This document shows, piece by piece, positions 1 to 10,970 of a DNA stretch of 64,000 bases; positions within the stretch are counted from its first letter, which is position 1; each line of letters opens with the position of its first letter. A model generated the notes under the pieces. It was not told the origin of the DNA, ran no database searches, and saw only the letters and a program-made list of their open reading frames with translations. Where the stretch lies: assembly GCA_048939015.1 (NCBI GenBank), contig JBHLPW010000021.1:1-64000 (forward strand). The letters run 5' to 3'. Source of the DNA: Promethearchaeota archaeon. GTDB taxonomy: Archaea; Asgardarchaeota; Lokiarchaeia; Sigyniarchaeales; SOKP01. The position numbers and the translations under genes are program-made.

Positions 1-138
1 ACTTTTAATAGTAAAAACTCGATAATATTGATGGAAAAAAAATTTATGGTTTGAAAGGATTTTATTTATAACCAATTGAAAATCAATTTAATTAATTTTA
101 AAATTTCTTTAAGATATTGTTCTAAAAGCTGATAATTT

Positions 139-1590
139 ATGAATTTAAGTAAACTATTTAAACCAAAGTCAATGGCTGTGGTTGGAATTAGTAAGAAAAA
201 TCCAATAAGTCCCGGGAGAATAATATTTGTCAAGAATGAATTTGAAATGAATGTCAAGACTTATGGAATTAACCCAGAAGGGGGTAATATCGAGGGAGTA
301 CAATTATATACTCAATTGGACAAACTACCCAAAATACCTGACCTTTTAGTAATTGCACTTCCTGCGGAAGCTACTATTCAATATGTGGAAGAATGTGCTC
401 ATTTAAATATTCCTGCCTGTATAATCATTGGAGGAGGATTTGCAGAAATTGGAAGTGAAGGATTAAATCGGCAAAAAAGATTAGAAAAAATAGCCTTTGA
501 TAATGATATTGCAATTTTAGGTCCAAATTGTATCGGTGTATATTCTCCTCCTTTAATTGATACAATTTTTATGCCCACTGAACGGATAACCCGGCCACCA
601 AAAGGTTCTGTTGCTTTAATTAGTCAATCCGGAGGGGTTCTTGTTGATCAATTTTTTCACAAATTTAATGAAATTAAGATAGGAGTTTCTACAGCAGTAT
701 CCATAGGAAATCGAGCCGTTGTTGATGAAGCTATGTTATTAGAATATTTTAGTAAAGAAGATAAAGAAACATCTAATATTGCTTTTTACTTAGAAGGATT
801 TAAGCCAAATAAGGCTCGGAAATTTTTAGAAATTGCTAAACAATCAGAAGACATGGTGATAACATATTTTGGGGGGTTATCTAAAGAAGGAAAAGTAGCA
901 ATAAAATCTCATACAGCTAGCTTAGCCGGAAATGAAAAAATTCTATCAGCAGCTTTAAAACAAAATTTAATTATTCAACCTCAATCAGAAAATAAATTGC
1001 TTACTTATCTTAAGCTATTTAATATTTTATCTCAGAGGAAAAAACCTTTTGATGAAAATATGGTTGTATTTGGGAAAGTAGCTATATTATCACTTTCAGG
1101 AGGTCATGGTGTTATATGTGCTGATCTACTTAAAAGATATGGGTTATCTATCATACCTTTTACTGAAAAACAAAAAGAAGAAATGAGAGAATTAGTAAAT
1201 CCAGTTGCTCGTAATATAGCTTCATTTAATAATCCAATTGATCTTACCGGTTCTGCGCAAGATGAGGATATTGTGAATATTATACAATATATATCTAAGA
1301 TAGAACAAATTGAATGTATTATTTTACTTATTCTCCCTTATGCTCCTTCAATTTCATTCATGATTGGAAGAAGAATATCTAATGCAATAACTCAACCGAA
1401 AAAACCTATAGTGTGTTTTATACCATATATTGAGAAGTATGGACTAATAATTGAAGCTTTGGAGCTATCAAATATCCCCGTTTTTCATAGTATAAAAGAA
1501 ACCGTTCAAGCTGTTTCAGCTCTTAAAGTTAGAACAAAAATTTATAATTTAAGAAAACAAAACCCACCAGTTTATTGGAATGATCGATAA
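139..1590 (+). CDS. Acyl-CoA synthetase (NDP-forming), alpha-type subunit (AcdA-like)
   Basis: N-terminal LF-PKS-AVVG CoA-binding motif, GPNCIG, SQSGG, S-GN-A-VD and the phospho-His motif SHTASLAG, NPIDLTG. Confidence 0.9.
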   Translation: MNLSKLFKPKSMAVVGISKKNPISPGRIIFVKNEFEMNVKTYGINPEGGNIEGVQLYTQLDKLPKIPDLLVIALPAEATIQYVEECAHLNIPACIIIGGGFAEIGSEGLNRQKRLEKIAFDNDIAILGPNCIGVYSPPLIDTIFMPTERITRPPKGSVALISQSGGVLVDQFFHKFNEIKIGVSTAVSIGNRAVVDEAMLLEYFSKEDKETSNIAFYLEGFKPNKARKFLEIAKQSEDMVITYFGGLSKEGKVAIKSHTASLAGNEKILSAALKQNLIIQPQSENKLLTYLKLFNILSQRKKPFDENMVVFGKVAILSLSGGHGVICADLLKRYGLSIIPFTEKQKEEMRELVNPVARNIASFNNPIDLTGSAQDEDIVNIIQYISKIEQIECIILLILPYAPSISFMIGRRISNAITQPKKPIVCFIPYIEKYGLIIEALELSNIPVFHSIKETVQAVSALKVRTKIYNLRKQNPPVYWNDR

Positions 1591-1828
1591 CTTTTTGATT
1601 CTCATATCAACTGAATTTGGAATTATTTATAGGTTTGATTAGAAGCGTTTATTTGTATGTGTAAATACTTTTAGCTTTCTAGGAATATTTTCAAAATATA
1701 GATGATATTCATCTTAAAGATATATTATCTTAATTTTTTAGCCAAATTCCTTTATATTTTGTAAAGCTTACCCTTATCTACTTATTTTAGTATTTATGGA
1801 TTGAGAAACTATAAAGAGGTGATTTAAT

Positions 1829-2284
1829 ATTTATAAAAATATATTAGTAGGTGTTGATGACTCACAGGATGCTATGGATGCGGTGGAAAAAGCATTAGAA
1901 TTAAAAAAAAGAGATAATAGTGAAGTTGTGGTATTTCATTCCGTCGTTCACCATATGTATGAATTATTGCCTAATATTTCATTTGCGGGGGCTTCAAATG
2001 CATTAATTTCTTATACAATTCACGAAGACTATGTTAACATCGCTAGGAAAATTCTAAACGATGTCGAAACACGTTTTAAAGATGAAGGTTTAGAAGTGGA
2101 AACTAGATTACTTTTTGATATTTTGCCTGAAGATTATATAAAAAAGGTAGCTGCAGAAGAAAACTTTGATTTGGTAATATTGGGAAGTAAAGGTAAACAT
2201 TCAAAGTTAAGAGAAGTATTTTTAGGTACAATTCCAGACAGAGTTATAAATGAGGCTCCCTGTGACGTATTAATAGTAAGATAA
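1829..2284 (+). CDS. Universal stress protein (UspA family); probable ATT start at 1829
   Basis: In-frame extension of the track ORF (1874) gives (I)YKNILVGVDDS, the canonical USP first strand; SD GAGGTGA at 1816-1822; C-terminal DLVILGSKG...FLGT...V...APCDVLIVR. Confidence 0.9.
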   Translation: MYKNILVGVDDSQDAMDAVEKALELKKRDNSEVVVFHSVVHHMYELLPNISFAGASNALISYTIHEDYVNIARKILNDVETRFKDEGLEVETRLLFDILPEDYIKKVAAEENFDLVILGSKGKHSKLREVFLGTIPDRVINEAPCDVLIVR

Positions 2285-2402
2285 TGTTAGTGATTAAAAA
2301 TTTGAAGCTATAATTTCTTCAAATTTTTAATTTCAATGAACATTTTATCTGGTTGTTTACGTTATATAAAGAAATACTATTTATTAGATAGGTGGAATTA
2401 TA

Positions 2403-2558
2403 ATGTTAGAGAAGAAGGAAAAAATGATTTTCTGTTTTTATTGTGGTAAACAAATAATAGATTATAAAATAGGAAAAACTAATAGATGTCCATTCTGCGG
2501 TGTTAAATTGAACTATATAGATGACAGAATATCAAAACACAAAAAAATATTGGTTTAA
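2403..2558 (+). CDS. Small zinc-ribbon protein (51 aa), not in ORF track
   Basis: MLEKKEKMIFCFYCGKQ...NRCPFCGVKL; two CxxCG knuckles; AGGTGG SD just upstream. Confidence 0.65.
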   Translation: MLEKKEKMIFCFYCGKQIIDYKIGKTNRCPFCGVKLNYIDDRISKHKKILV

Positions 2559-2794
2559 AATTTAGGATAAATCTGAAGCTTTAGATTTTGAATGGTTTGT
2601 TAAGAAATGACTATTTTTTCTATTTTCAATCCAAAACCATTCAAAAATAACATTATAAATACTCGAATCTTTTGCTAAAAGGTAAGGAAGATTTCGATCT
2701 AGAGAAATGGCTTGTAATTTAAATTTACCTATAGAGACATAAAGCAAAAATGATATAAACAAAAAAATGGATAAGAACATAGTAAATAAAAAAA

Positions 2795-4198
2795 TTGAGT
2801 ATTATGCAAGATAAATTTGGACAACTCCAAAAGATTATTGTGAAGCTTATGCGAAAATTCAAGGTTCCAGGCTTGGCAATTAGTATTTTACAAAATGATA
2901 AGAGTGTCTATGAGAAGGGATTTGGGTTCCGTAATCTCGAGGAAAGTTTATCAATGACACCAGACTCTTTAATAGGTATTGGAAGTATCTCAAAATCATT
3001 TACTGCGCTGTTAATATTGAAATTAGAAGAAAAAGGATTATTGAATTTGGAAGACTCAATAAGTAAATTCTTAGAAATTGAACCCTTTATAAGCCATCCT
3101 AACATTACGATTGCTCATTTACTATCACATAGTAGTGGGATACCTTCTGTTGATGCTCAGTGGCTTCCTATTGCTATTACATATGGAGATTATCAACGTA
3201 TTTATCCATTGGGGTCCATTGATGACTATCTTTATCATCTATCCGAAACTAAAGATGAAATCTTCTTTAAACCAGGCGAAAAATTCTTCTATAATAATGA
3301 TATGTTTACTTTATTAGGGATGATTATAGAAAAACTAACTGGGAAGTCATTTGAGGATGTACTAAGAGAAGAAATTTTAACTCCTTTAGAAATGAATCGT
3401 GCTACAGTTAGGAGAGAGAAGCTCGAGAAAGATCCAGTCAAAGATTTTATTACTGGTTATATCCATAAAGGTACGGAGGAGAAACTGCAATTTGACAAAC
3501 CAAAATTACCTTTTTCCGATTATCTTCAAGCTCCTGGTGGTTTATATACAAGTATGCATGAAATGCTCAATTATGCAAAATGCCTATTGAATAAAGGTGT
3601 ATATAAAGAAAAACAAATAATTAAGCCAGAATCTTTGGAGTTACTTTGGACCCCACGAATTAAATCTCCATATGGATATGGTAAAGATCCTAAATATTGC
3701 TTAGGTTGGGTAAGAGAAGAAGATTTTCTGAATACAACTCTAATTCACCATGGAGGAGGGCTTGGAGTAAGTACTTCCTTTTTTGGCATATTACCAAATT
3801 TAAACATTGCCGTGAGTGTTGCTGAAAATGATGACAGTGGAATATGCAGCATAATCGGGCTTTCTGCTTTAACATTAATGCTTGGAAAAGATCCAGAAAA
3901 AAATGTTGAAAAACTAAAAATTTTTGAAATTTATGACAAAATTACGGGAAACTATAAATCATCCTTAGGTTTGTATAAGTTAGAAGTAACTTTTAAGGCA
4001 TTTTCCATCCATATAAAAGTTGAGACAGACGATGGTACCTTCGATTTCCCTCTTATAATTGAAGATTTTGATGATTTAACTTTTAAATTATTTTCAACAG
4101 TTCCCTCAAATCTTCAAAAAGTTAAATTTTATCAAGATTCAATGACAAGAAAAGTGATATATGCTACCTATGATAGATATCTATACCATAAAGTATAA
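2795..4198 (+). CDS. Serine hydrolase, beta-lactamase class C/AmpC-like family
   Basis: VPGLAI, SxxK (GSISK), LLSHSSG, PGEKFFYNN, HGGG motifs. Confidence 0.9.
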   Translation: MSIMQDKFGQLQKIIVKLMRKFKVPGLAISILQNDKSVYEKGFGFRNLEESLSMTPDSLIGIGSISKSFTALLILKLEEKGLLNLEDSISKFLEIEPFISHPNITIAHLLSHSSGIPSVDAQWLPIAITYGDYQRIYPLGSIDDYLYHLSETKDEIFFKPGEKFFYNNDMFTLLGMIIEKLTGKSFEDVLREEILTPLEMNRATVRREKLEKDPVKDFITGYIHKGTEEKLQFDKPKLPFSDYLQAPGGLYTSMHEMLNYAKCLLNKGVYKEKQIIKPESLELLWTPRIKSPYGYGKDPKYCLGWVREEDFLNTTLIHHGGGLGVSTSFFGILPNLNIAVSVAENDDSGICSIIGLSALTLMLGKDPEKNVEKLKIFEIYDKITGNYKSSLGLYKLEVTFKAFSIHIKVETDDGTFDFPLIIEDFDDLTFKLFSTVPSNLQKVKFYQDSMTRKVIYATYDRYLYHKV

Positions 4199-4389
4199 TA
4201 CAATATTTTCAATTTTTCTTTAGAAATCGAATAGTATTTTCAATATAGGCTTTTTAAGATTTTCTTTTTTCTAATTTGATCATTAATAGGTGTAACAATT
4301 TTCGAAAAGTCTGCACTTAAATAAAAATTGTGTCATAAGTCATTTAAAGATAAAAAACCTTTGTAAGGTGAAAAATAATAGCATACATA

Positions 4390-5178
4390 ATGTCTACTGA
4401 GACAATTTTCGTTATGATTGCAGTTATAATTCCAGGTTTATTGATATTCTTTCAGAGGAGATTCAAATTAAAAAGAAAATCAATTGGCTTTAAAATTTTA
4501 TTACATGTTATGTTATCGACTTCAATTACAATCGCTTGTACTGCCTTTGCCTACAGATTGTTTACGGATTCAATTCCAAGAGTAATATTAATTCTAAGTG
4601 CATTTAGTTATGTCGCTTTTGCTATTTATTATTTACTTAAGAACATTCAGAAACAAGAATTGAAAATTTCAACTATGTTAAGGGATAGTTCAGATGCTTC
4701 TATAAATGTTTCAAATATAGCTACTGAATTGGCGGCAAGTGCGAGTGAAGTGAACGCTGCTTCAGAAGAAATCGCAAGTTCTACTCAAGTTATAACACAA
4801 GAGGCCCAAGAAGCAATAAATGCCACTAATAATATAAGAAATGTTATTGATCTGGTAACTAATATTGCAGATCAGACAAATTTGTTGGCATTAAATGCCA
4901 GTATTGAGGCAGGTAGAGCGGGTGAACAAGGAAGGGGTTTTGCGGTAGTCGCAGATGAAGTTCGAAAATTGGCTGAAGAAGCAAAAACTGCTGTACTTGA
5001 GACAAATAAGGATATCATTGATGTAGTGAATAAAATTAATTCAACATTCAGTTCAATGGAAGGAATAAGTGCATCTTCGGAACAACAAACAGCTTCTATG
5101 GAAGAGATTTCTGCAACAGCGAATAAACTTGGCAATTTAGCTGAAGATTTAAAAAATAGATTAACAAGTGAAGTTTAA
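4390..5178 (+). CDS. Methyl-accepting chemotaxis-like protein with short N-terminal TM region
   Basis: [38 protein letters not shown] hairpin-tip signature; about 3 hydrophobic helices at the N-terminus. Confidence 0.9.
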   Translation: MSTETIFVMIAVIIPGLLIFFQRRFKLKRKSIGFKILLHVMLSTSITIACTAFAYRLFTDSIPRVILILSAFSYVAFAIYYLLKNIQKQELKISTMLRDSSDASINVSNIATELAASASEVNAASEEIASSTQVITQEAQEAINATNNIRNVIDLVTNIADQTNLLALNASIEAGRAGEQGRGFAVVADEVRKLAEEAKTAVLETNKDIIDVVNKINSTFSSMEGISASSEQQTASMEEISATANKLGNLAEDLKNRLTSEV

Positions 5179-5187
5179 AATAATTTG

Positions 5188-5230
5188 AGGTTTTAATTCT
5201 ATTAAAAACCTTAGATCCGAATTTTTTTTT
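5188..5230 (+). terminator. Possible hairpin plus T-tract terminator after the MCP gene
   Basis: AGGTTTTAAT-tct-ATTAAAAACCT imperfect inverted repeat followed by a T9 run at 5222-5230. Confidence 0.35.
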
Positions 5231-5416
5231 ATATACTAATTCTCTCTAAATCTCTCATTAACTCATAAAATCTAATTTAAAATGTTAAATTAAATAATTG
5301 AACTAATTTAACATTTTCAATAATTGGTCTATAAAAATTATTTATAGCTACATTATTTCTTATAACTTAAAGGAACTAATATATTTGAATTAAAATATAA
5401 GGGTTGAGGTATTTTA

Positions 5417-5668
5417 ATGAAAGTTAGTGTTCGATATCATGAAATTTTGGAAGAATTTTTAGAAAAAGAATTGGATTGGTTAAAAGAAGAATTTGAAGTC
5501 CTCTTTCAATCAAAAATTAAAAATTATACTGAAGAGGATAAAAAACTCGCAAATGATATCTTAGATTACATTTTAGAAAATACCTATGTATACGATAATA
5601 TAGTTCTAATCAATTTACTGAATGATGCCCTAGAAAATATAGAAAAACAGTACGTTAATTTATTTTAA
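5417..5668 (+). CDS. Small acidic helical hypothetical protein
   Basis: 83-aa ORF with GAGGT SD; no recognised motif. Confidence 0.65.
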   Translation: MKVSVRYHEILEEFLEKELDWLKEEFEVLFQSKIKNYTEEDKKLANDILDYILENTYVYDNIVLINLLNDALENIEKQYVNLF

Positions 5669-5781
5669 CATAAATTTAAAATAAGTTTTTTAAACTTCTT
5701 CTTACAAATTTAACTTCATTCTTTACATTTTTTACTATTAATAATTAAATTTATTAAATCTAGAAAAATGTTTTTTTCATC

Positions 5782-6927
5782 ATGCGTCCAATTACAGAAG
5801 AAAAATTTGAGAAACTCTTAAATTTTATAGATGAAAAGCAAATTGACGTGTTGATGATTATGGATACCGAATATGGTAAAAACATAAATTTGCATTATCT
5901 TTCAGGTCATCCAGATAGTGCCATTTTATTAATTACAAAAGACGGAGAATCAATCCTAATTCCAGGGGATATCCAATTAGCAGAAAAACATGCTAAAGTG
6001 GATGAAATTATTGATTTGAGTAATTTTAATTATAATTTCTATTTGATAATAAAAGATTTAGTAGAAAATAGATGGAAAAAATCGTCCTTATTATTTGGAA
6101 CCCATGAAAATATCCTCTATGGTACTATAATTAAAATGAAAAATATCATACCACAAGTAAAATTCTTTAAAGACCCTATCCAAATCACTCAAATACTAGA
6201 TGAATTGCGCTCTACCAAAAGTGAATTTGAATTAACTCAATTAACAAAAGCTGCCCAAATAACTAATAAAACAATTGAAGATATAAGGAAATTTTGTAAA
6301 AATGCTACTAAAGAAACTGAAAAAGATTTGTCTTTTCTAGTACGTAAAAAAATGGCGGAATATGGAGCAGATGACATTGCCTTTGAAAGTCTGGTAGCAA
6401 ACACAACAAGATCTCATGAGTTACACTGTTATCCTGTCGCAACTAATCAGAAATATGCTCAAAAAGGTTTAGCCTTAATCGATTTTGGAGCAAAATATCA
6501 AGGTTATTGTGCTGATGTGACTGTTCCAGTTAGTTTTGGAGAATTATCAGAGGAACAACTGAGAATGCGAGATTACGTTATCAAATCATACGAAGCTGCA
6601 ATAAATATAATAGATATTGGTGTTCCTCTTTGGAAAATTCATGAAGAAGGAGTTCAAGTGTTAAAAAAAGGAGGTTACGATTTACCATACGCTTTAGGTC
6701 ATGGTTTAGGACTTACAGTACACGATGCACCTCTTTTATTACGCAAACCATCTGATGAATATTCATTAAAAAACTGGAAAGAGGAATTTATTCAAGATGG
6801 TATGGTTTTCACAGTAGAACCTGGAATTTATAAACAGGGATTAGGAGGGTTTCGATTGGAAAATGATGTCCTAATTCGAAATGAAAAAGTTGAAATTATT
6901 ACAAAATCAGAATACCTAGAAATGTAA
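5782..6927 (+). CDS. Xaa-Pro dipeptidase/aminopeptidase P (M24B)
   Basis: IDFGA..GY.AD.T, GHGLGL.VHD.P, VFTVEPGIY...GGFRLENDV metal-binding motifs. Confidence 0.9.
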   Translation: MRPITEEKFEKLLNFIDEKQIDVLMIMDTEYGKNINLHYLSGHPDSAILLITKDGESILIPGDIQLAEKHAKVDEIIDLSNFNYNFYLIIKDLVENRWKKSSLLFGTHENILYGTIIKMKNIIPQVKFFKDPIQITQILDELRSTKSEFELTQLTKAAQITNKTIEDIRKFCKNATKETEKDLSFLVRKKMAEYGADDIAFESLVANTTRSHELHCYPVATNQKYAQKGLALIDFGAKYQGYCADVTVPVSFGELSEEQLRMRDYVIKSYEAAINIIDIGVPLWKIHEEGVQVLKKGGYDLPYALGHGLGLTVHDAPLLLRKPSDEYSLKNWKEEFIQDGMVFTVEPGIYKQGLGGFRLENDVLIRNEKVEIITKSEYLEM

Positions 6928-6961
6928 TCAATTCTATGAAAGCTTTTTAAACTCAAATTTT

Positions 6962-8206
6962 TTATAGAAATAAAGGCTTTATATGCCTTCTAAATAAATT
7001 TTCAATCACATTTGGAGCTATTAAATCTTCATGTTGCTTAAGGGCATTAATAAATCGTGAGCCCATTTCTGCGGCAACTTTATAACCTATGTGAAGTAAT
7101 TGGCGAAAATCTGGATTATAATCTTTACATGATATATCATGATGGATGGCTCTATAATAATCTTGACTTGTCCATTTTTCTACAATTGTAGGAGAAGGTA
7201 AATTACTTTTATTTATTTCGACAACTGATGAATACGGTTTAATTAACTCATTTAATTTATTATATGCTTCTATATAGATTTCTTTAGCAATATTTAAGCT
7301 ATCATCTCCCACTATAGCTAGACTCGCGAGTTCTTCGAGCCATGTTGTTCCAGATGTTTTTAAATGAACACCTGTATTAAATTTTTTAATAGCTTTGTTG
7401 ATAATTTTATAAATAGAGAATTTATCACTTCCAGAATGGATACTTAACTTTAAAGTATCCGGCAATGAAAATTCTGCTATTGCAAATTGAATAACAGCTA
7501 ATACTTCATCAAATTCTTTTGTAAATTGATTGATGTCTCCCTTAAAATCAACTCCCTTATGAAAGATTCCATAAAACCTTGGAGCGAATGTTTGAATAGG
7601 GATTTTTTCTTCAGCAATAATAGCCAGAATGAAAAGTATTTCAATAGGTTTTTGCGGTTTATTCGTTTCATCCATAGAGATTTCAGTAATAAAATTATTC
7701 TTACCTTTCTTCTCTTCAATTTTTTGATAAATTTTGTTAGCCTCTTTTACTGCGAAAAGGTATTCATTAGCAATTTTATATAAAAGCTCACTTTCAACAT
7801 TAAATTTCTCTTTAATATTAGGAATAGATATTTGTCCGATATATTTCTTATATTTATTAATAAAAACGTTAATATCGTCAACAGAGGCTTTTTTTCCAAT
7901 AAATTCTGCAACATCAAGAGTGAAATAATTACAGGAATCAATATATAAATCAACATTAGATATTCCAATGTGATCTGCATCAATATAATAGTTTCCTTTC
8001 CATTCTAATTTCCTTACCGCTTCCTGAGCTTCTTTTAAGACATCCAAAGGTGAAGTCTTAGTAACCAAGTGTTCACGATGAGATTTATTCCAAACCAAAT
8101 CAATATCCAGACCTTTTTCTTCTGCTTTAATAACGGCTTTAATCTGTGCTTTTGCTTGATGACCAAATCGATCTCCTGTGCCAATTGAATATTTTTGCAT
8201 TTTCAT
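6962..8206 (-). CDS. uxaE: Tagaturonate/fructuronate epimerase (UxaE family)
   Basis: S-G-GDRFG, DADH, E-S-DET, KLS-HSGSDKFS, HLKTSGTTWLEE motifs. Confidence 0.85.
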   Translation of the reverse strand: MKMQKYSIGTGDRFGHQAKAQIKAVIKAEEKGLDIDLVWNKSHREHLVTKTSPLDVLKEAQEAVRKLEWKGNYYIDADHIGISNVDLYIDSCNYFTLDVAEFIGKKASVDDINVFINKYKKYIGQISIPNIKEKFNVESELLYKIANEYLFAVKEANKIYQKIEEKKGKNNFITEISMDETNKPQKPIEILFILAIIAEEKIPIQTFAPRFYGIFHKGVDFKGDINQFTKEFDEVLAVIQFAIAEFSLPDTLKLSIHSGSDKFSIYKIINKAIKKFNTGVHLKTSGTTWLEELASLAIVGDDSLNIAKEIYIEAYNKLNELIKPYSSVVEINKSNLPSPTIVEKWTSQDYYRAIHHDISCKDYNPDFRQLLHIGYKVAAEMGSRFINALKQHEDLIAPNVIENLFRRHIKPLFL

Positions 8207-8231
8207 CGCTTGATTTAGGACTTTAAAACAT

Positions 8232-9383
8232 TTAGATCTCTTTTCCTAATTCTAGGGTCCTATCTCTTAGTTGAGAATTATCACTGATTTTACAATTGGG
8301 AGCTATTATTACTTTCTCTAAAACAACATTATCTCCAATTTCACAGTTATTACAGATAATACTCTCCTTTATTATGCAACCCGCACCAATTTTAATTTCA
8401 TCCCAGATAACACTTTTTTCAATAATAGAATCTTCACCGATGGTAACATTATGTCCTATAGATGTTAATTCCTTAATTTTAACTCGATTCTCTAACTGGA
8501 CATATTCTCCAAAACATGTAGGTTTTTCAATAACAATGTTTTGCCCTGAGCTAATAACACCCATTACATAAATTCCATCGTATTCAACACCGTTAGGTAA
8601 GATGGGCCAAGCATATTTGCGCAATAAATCCCAATTAGCCCAAAGATATGTAGTAGCATTACCAGCATCCATCCAATAATAATTTTCAACAAAACCGTAC
8701 AGATCATAATTATTTTCTAAGAGATATGGAAATACTTCTCCCCCAAAATCCATCAAACCAGTTTCATGAAGAATACCACCAATTTCTTTACTAAAACAAT
8801 AAATTCCTGTATTTGCAACGTTAGTATGTAAAAATAAATCTTCTCGTTGCGACATACTACTTAAATACAACTCCATCGGCGCTGGTTTCTCTAAAAAAAG
8901 ATATATCTTTCTATTTGTATCTAATAATACAACACCATATTGGGATATATGACTCTCAACAGTTTTCATTGAAATCGTTGCCAAACCCGCTTTATCAGAA
9001 TGAAATTCCATGAATCGTTTCATAGGTAAATTTGTTACGATATCTGCCATAGAAACAACAATTTTATTTGAATCTATTTGATCAGTTAATAACCTATATG
9101 CATCTGCGGTACCTCTACTTTCTTGAATTTCACATTCTAACTCTATATCTCCCAATTTATCCGGAGTCCAAGTATTTTTGATATAATCTTTCAATTCCTT
9201 ACCTTGATATGCCAATGCCAAGATAATGTGTTTGATATCTGCATATGCTAAATGTGCAATTGCATAATCAACCATAGGAACATTTGTAACTTTTACAAGT
9301 GGTTTTGGAACTAAAGAGGTCAAAGGCATCAACCGTTTGCCTTTACCACCAGCTAAAATTATCGCAGACCATTCACGAGTCAT
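8232..9383 (-). CDS. NDP-sugar pyrophosphorylase (mannose-1-P guanylyltransferase/GlgC-like) with C-terminal left-handed beta-helix
   Basis: AIILAGGKGKRL.PLT...PKPL, EKP, NTGIY, YWMDAG and hexapeptide repeats. Confidence 0.88.
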   Translation of the reverse strand: MTREWSAIILAGGKGKRLMPLTSLVPKPLVKVTNVPMVDYAIAHLAYADIKHIILALAYQGKELKDYIKNTWTPDKLGDIELECEIQESRGTADAYRLLTDQIDSNKIVVSMADIVTNLPMKRFMEFHSDKAGLATISMKTVESHISQYGVVLLDTNRKIYLFLEKPAPMELYLSSMSQREDLFLHTNVANTGIYCFSKEIGGILHETGLMDFGGEVFPYLLENNYDLYGFVENYYWMDAGNATTYLWANWDLLRKYAWPILPNGVEYDGIYVMGVISSGQNIVIEKPTCFGEYVQLENRVKIKELTSIGHNVTIGEDSIIEKSVIWDEIKIGAGCIIKESIICNNCEIGDNVVLEKVIIAPNCKISDNSQLRDRTLELGKEI

Positions 9384-9525
9384 ATTTATCTATTGTTCAT
9401 AGAGAAAAAATGAATTCATCCAAATACCAATCATATTAAATATCAGATTCAATAGATTTAAATCTAATTTTATTTGGTTTAAAAAGGTTATTACTTTTGC
9501 GTATAAAAAGCGACTAATGAAATTA

Positions 9526-10800
9526 TTAAAGATATTTTTTCAATGATTCTCTGATTTCCATTGCTGTGATATGAGGCAATTTTCTTGCAACACGCATATC
9601 ATCAGCCATTTCAGCACCGCCAATTACTTCATGGGGGATAATATCAGCAAACATATGGAAATTAGCATCATAGCCATAAGGACAACAATTAAAAAGAATA
9701 TTGCGGTTTTTATCAATTTCAATGTCATCTAAAGCTTGAAAGATCTTTTTTAGTGAAATAGCTAAATCTTCAATTTGATTTACCTTTAATTGAGCAAATC
9801 TCCGTATGTGTTCATTGGGATGAAATCTTATGTGATAATTTCTTACAGGGCTTCCTGTGGTATAAAAAGTCCAGAATTCCGTTTCCAAGATGATACGATC
9901 AGAACCACCATGAGTTGTTTTGCATAAATGGCACATATCTCCCATATCTTTAAAAGCTCTAAGATATCCCTCTAATCTGCTTCCATGACCATCCATTGTT
10001 AGATCGATGTAGATCTGACTATGAATTCTTGGTTGGGATCCTCCCACTTTAGTACCAATATTGAAAAAGGGCATCACAGGAATATCATAATAGTCTCTAT
10101 TTATAGATTCTTCAATACAATATAGTATTGCTGCTTTCATAGATAGAAATATACCCGCTAATGCATCCTCTGGAATTAAATCAAAACACAAAGATGGATA
10201 GAAATTTCGAGAAATCGTTACTAGGTTAATACCACGTGAAAGTTTTATATGAGGAGGAAGTTTTTTAACAATTTCTTTCTCTATTTCGGGATCTATAATT
10301 CTAGCCATTGAAGGATACCTATTAATTAAAGTTAAAGCTTTACAAGTATCCGGAATTCTTTTAACTCGATGTGGTATTTCTGAAAAAGGGTTATCTCGCC
10401 GTATATCGTCTTGTGTAATGATCATAGTATGAGCATCACTAAGAGGAATCCCCCAGTCATCATGAACAATTCGGCCTTCTGTAATAGAACTAAAAACATC
10501 CTTATATTTACTCATGACTTTTTTTGAGCAATCAGAAAACTCTTTTTCCCCTTCGTCAGTCTTAAATCCCTTTGGTCGTGCACCACGTATCGGACTTATA
10601 TATGAATAATGCCCATAATATCTTGGATGTCCTTTTCTAAACCCAAAATCTTTAGTATGTATAGTTACAGTTGATAAAGGATCCCATCTTTTAATCGGAA
10701 AATCATATGATGTTTTGTCTTTAAAATTTTCCTTGTTTACGATACCCCATTCCATAAATTTAGGAGTATATTGTTCATTAACTTTTTCTTTTTCAGAAAT
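9526..10800 (-). CDS. GalT-like (HIT-fold) sugar-1-phosphate nucleotidyltransferase; probable ATT start at 10800 (track ATG at 10755)
   Basis: N-YP, FFN.G..VGGSQPRIHSQ (catalytic HxQ), CxxC, FH...I.P, GGAEM; GGAGGT SD 8 nt before an in-frame ATT with a stop two codons further up. Confidence 0.75.
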   Translation of the reverse strand: MSEKEKVNEQYTPKFMEWGIVNKENFKDKTSYDFPIKRWDPLSTVTIHTKDFGFRKGHPRYYGHYSYISPIRGARPKGFKTDEGEKEFSDCSKKVMSKYKDVFSSITEGRIVHDDWGIPLSDAHTMIITQDDIRRDNPFSEIPHRVKRIPDTCKALTLINRYPSMARIIDPEIEKEIVKKLPPHIKLSRGINLVTISRNFYPSLCFDLIPEDALAGIFLSMKAAILYCIEESINRDYYDIPVMPFFNIGTKVGGSQPRIHSQIYIDLTMDGHGSRLEGYLRAFKDMGDMCHLCKTTHGGSDRIILETEFWTFYTTGSPVRNYHIRFHPNEHIRRFAQLKVNQIEDLAISLKKIFQALDDIEIDKNRNILFNCCPYGYDANFHMFADIIPHEVIGGAEMADDMRVARKLPHITAMEIRESLKKYL

Positions 10801-10970
10801 AAAATATTACCTCCAAACATTTTTGCCATAGATTTTATAAATATTATTTCAATGGTATTTATTTTTTACTTAAGTTAACAACAATCTACAAAAAAAATAA
10901 ATAAAAAAAGAAAAAAACTTTATCCAACCGATTTGAATTAAAAAACTGAAGACTTTTAACAGCAAAAATC

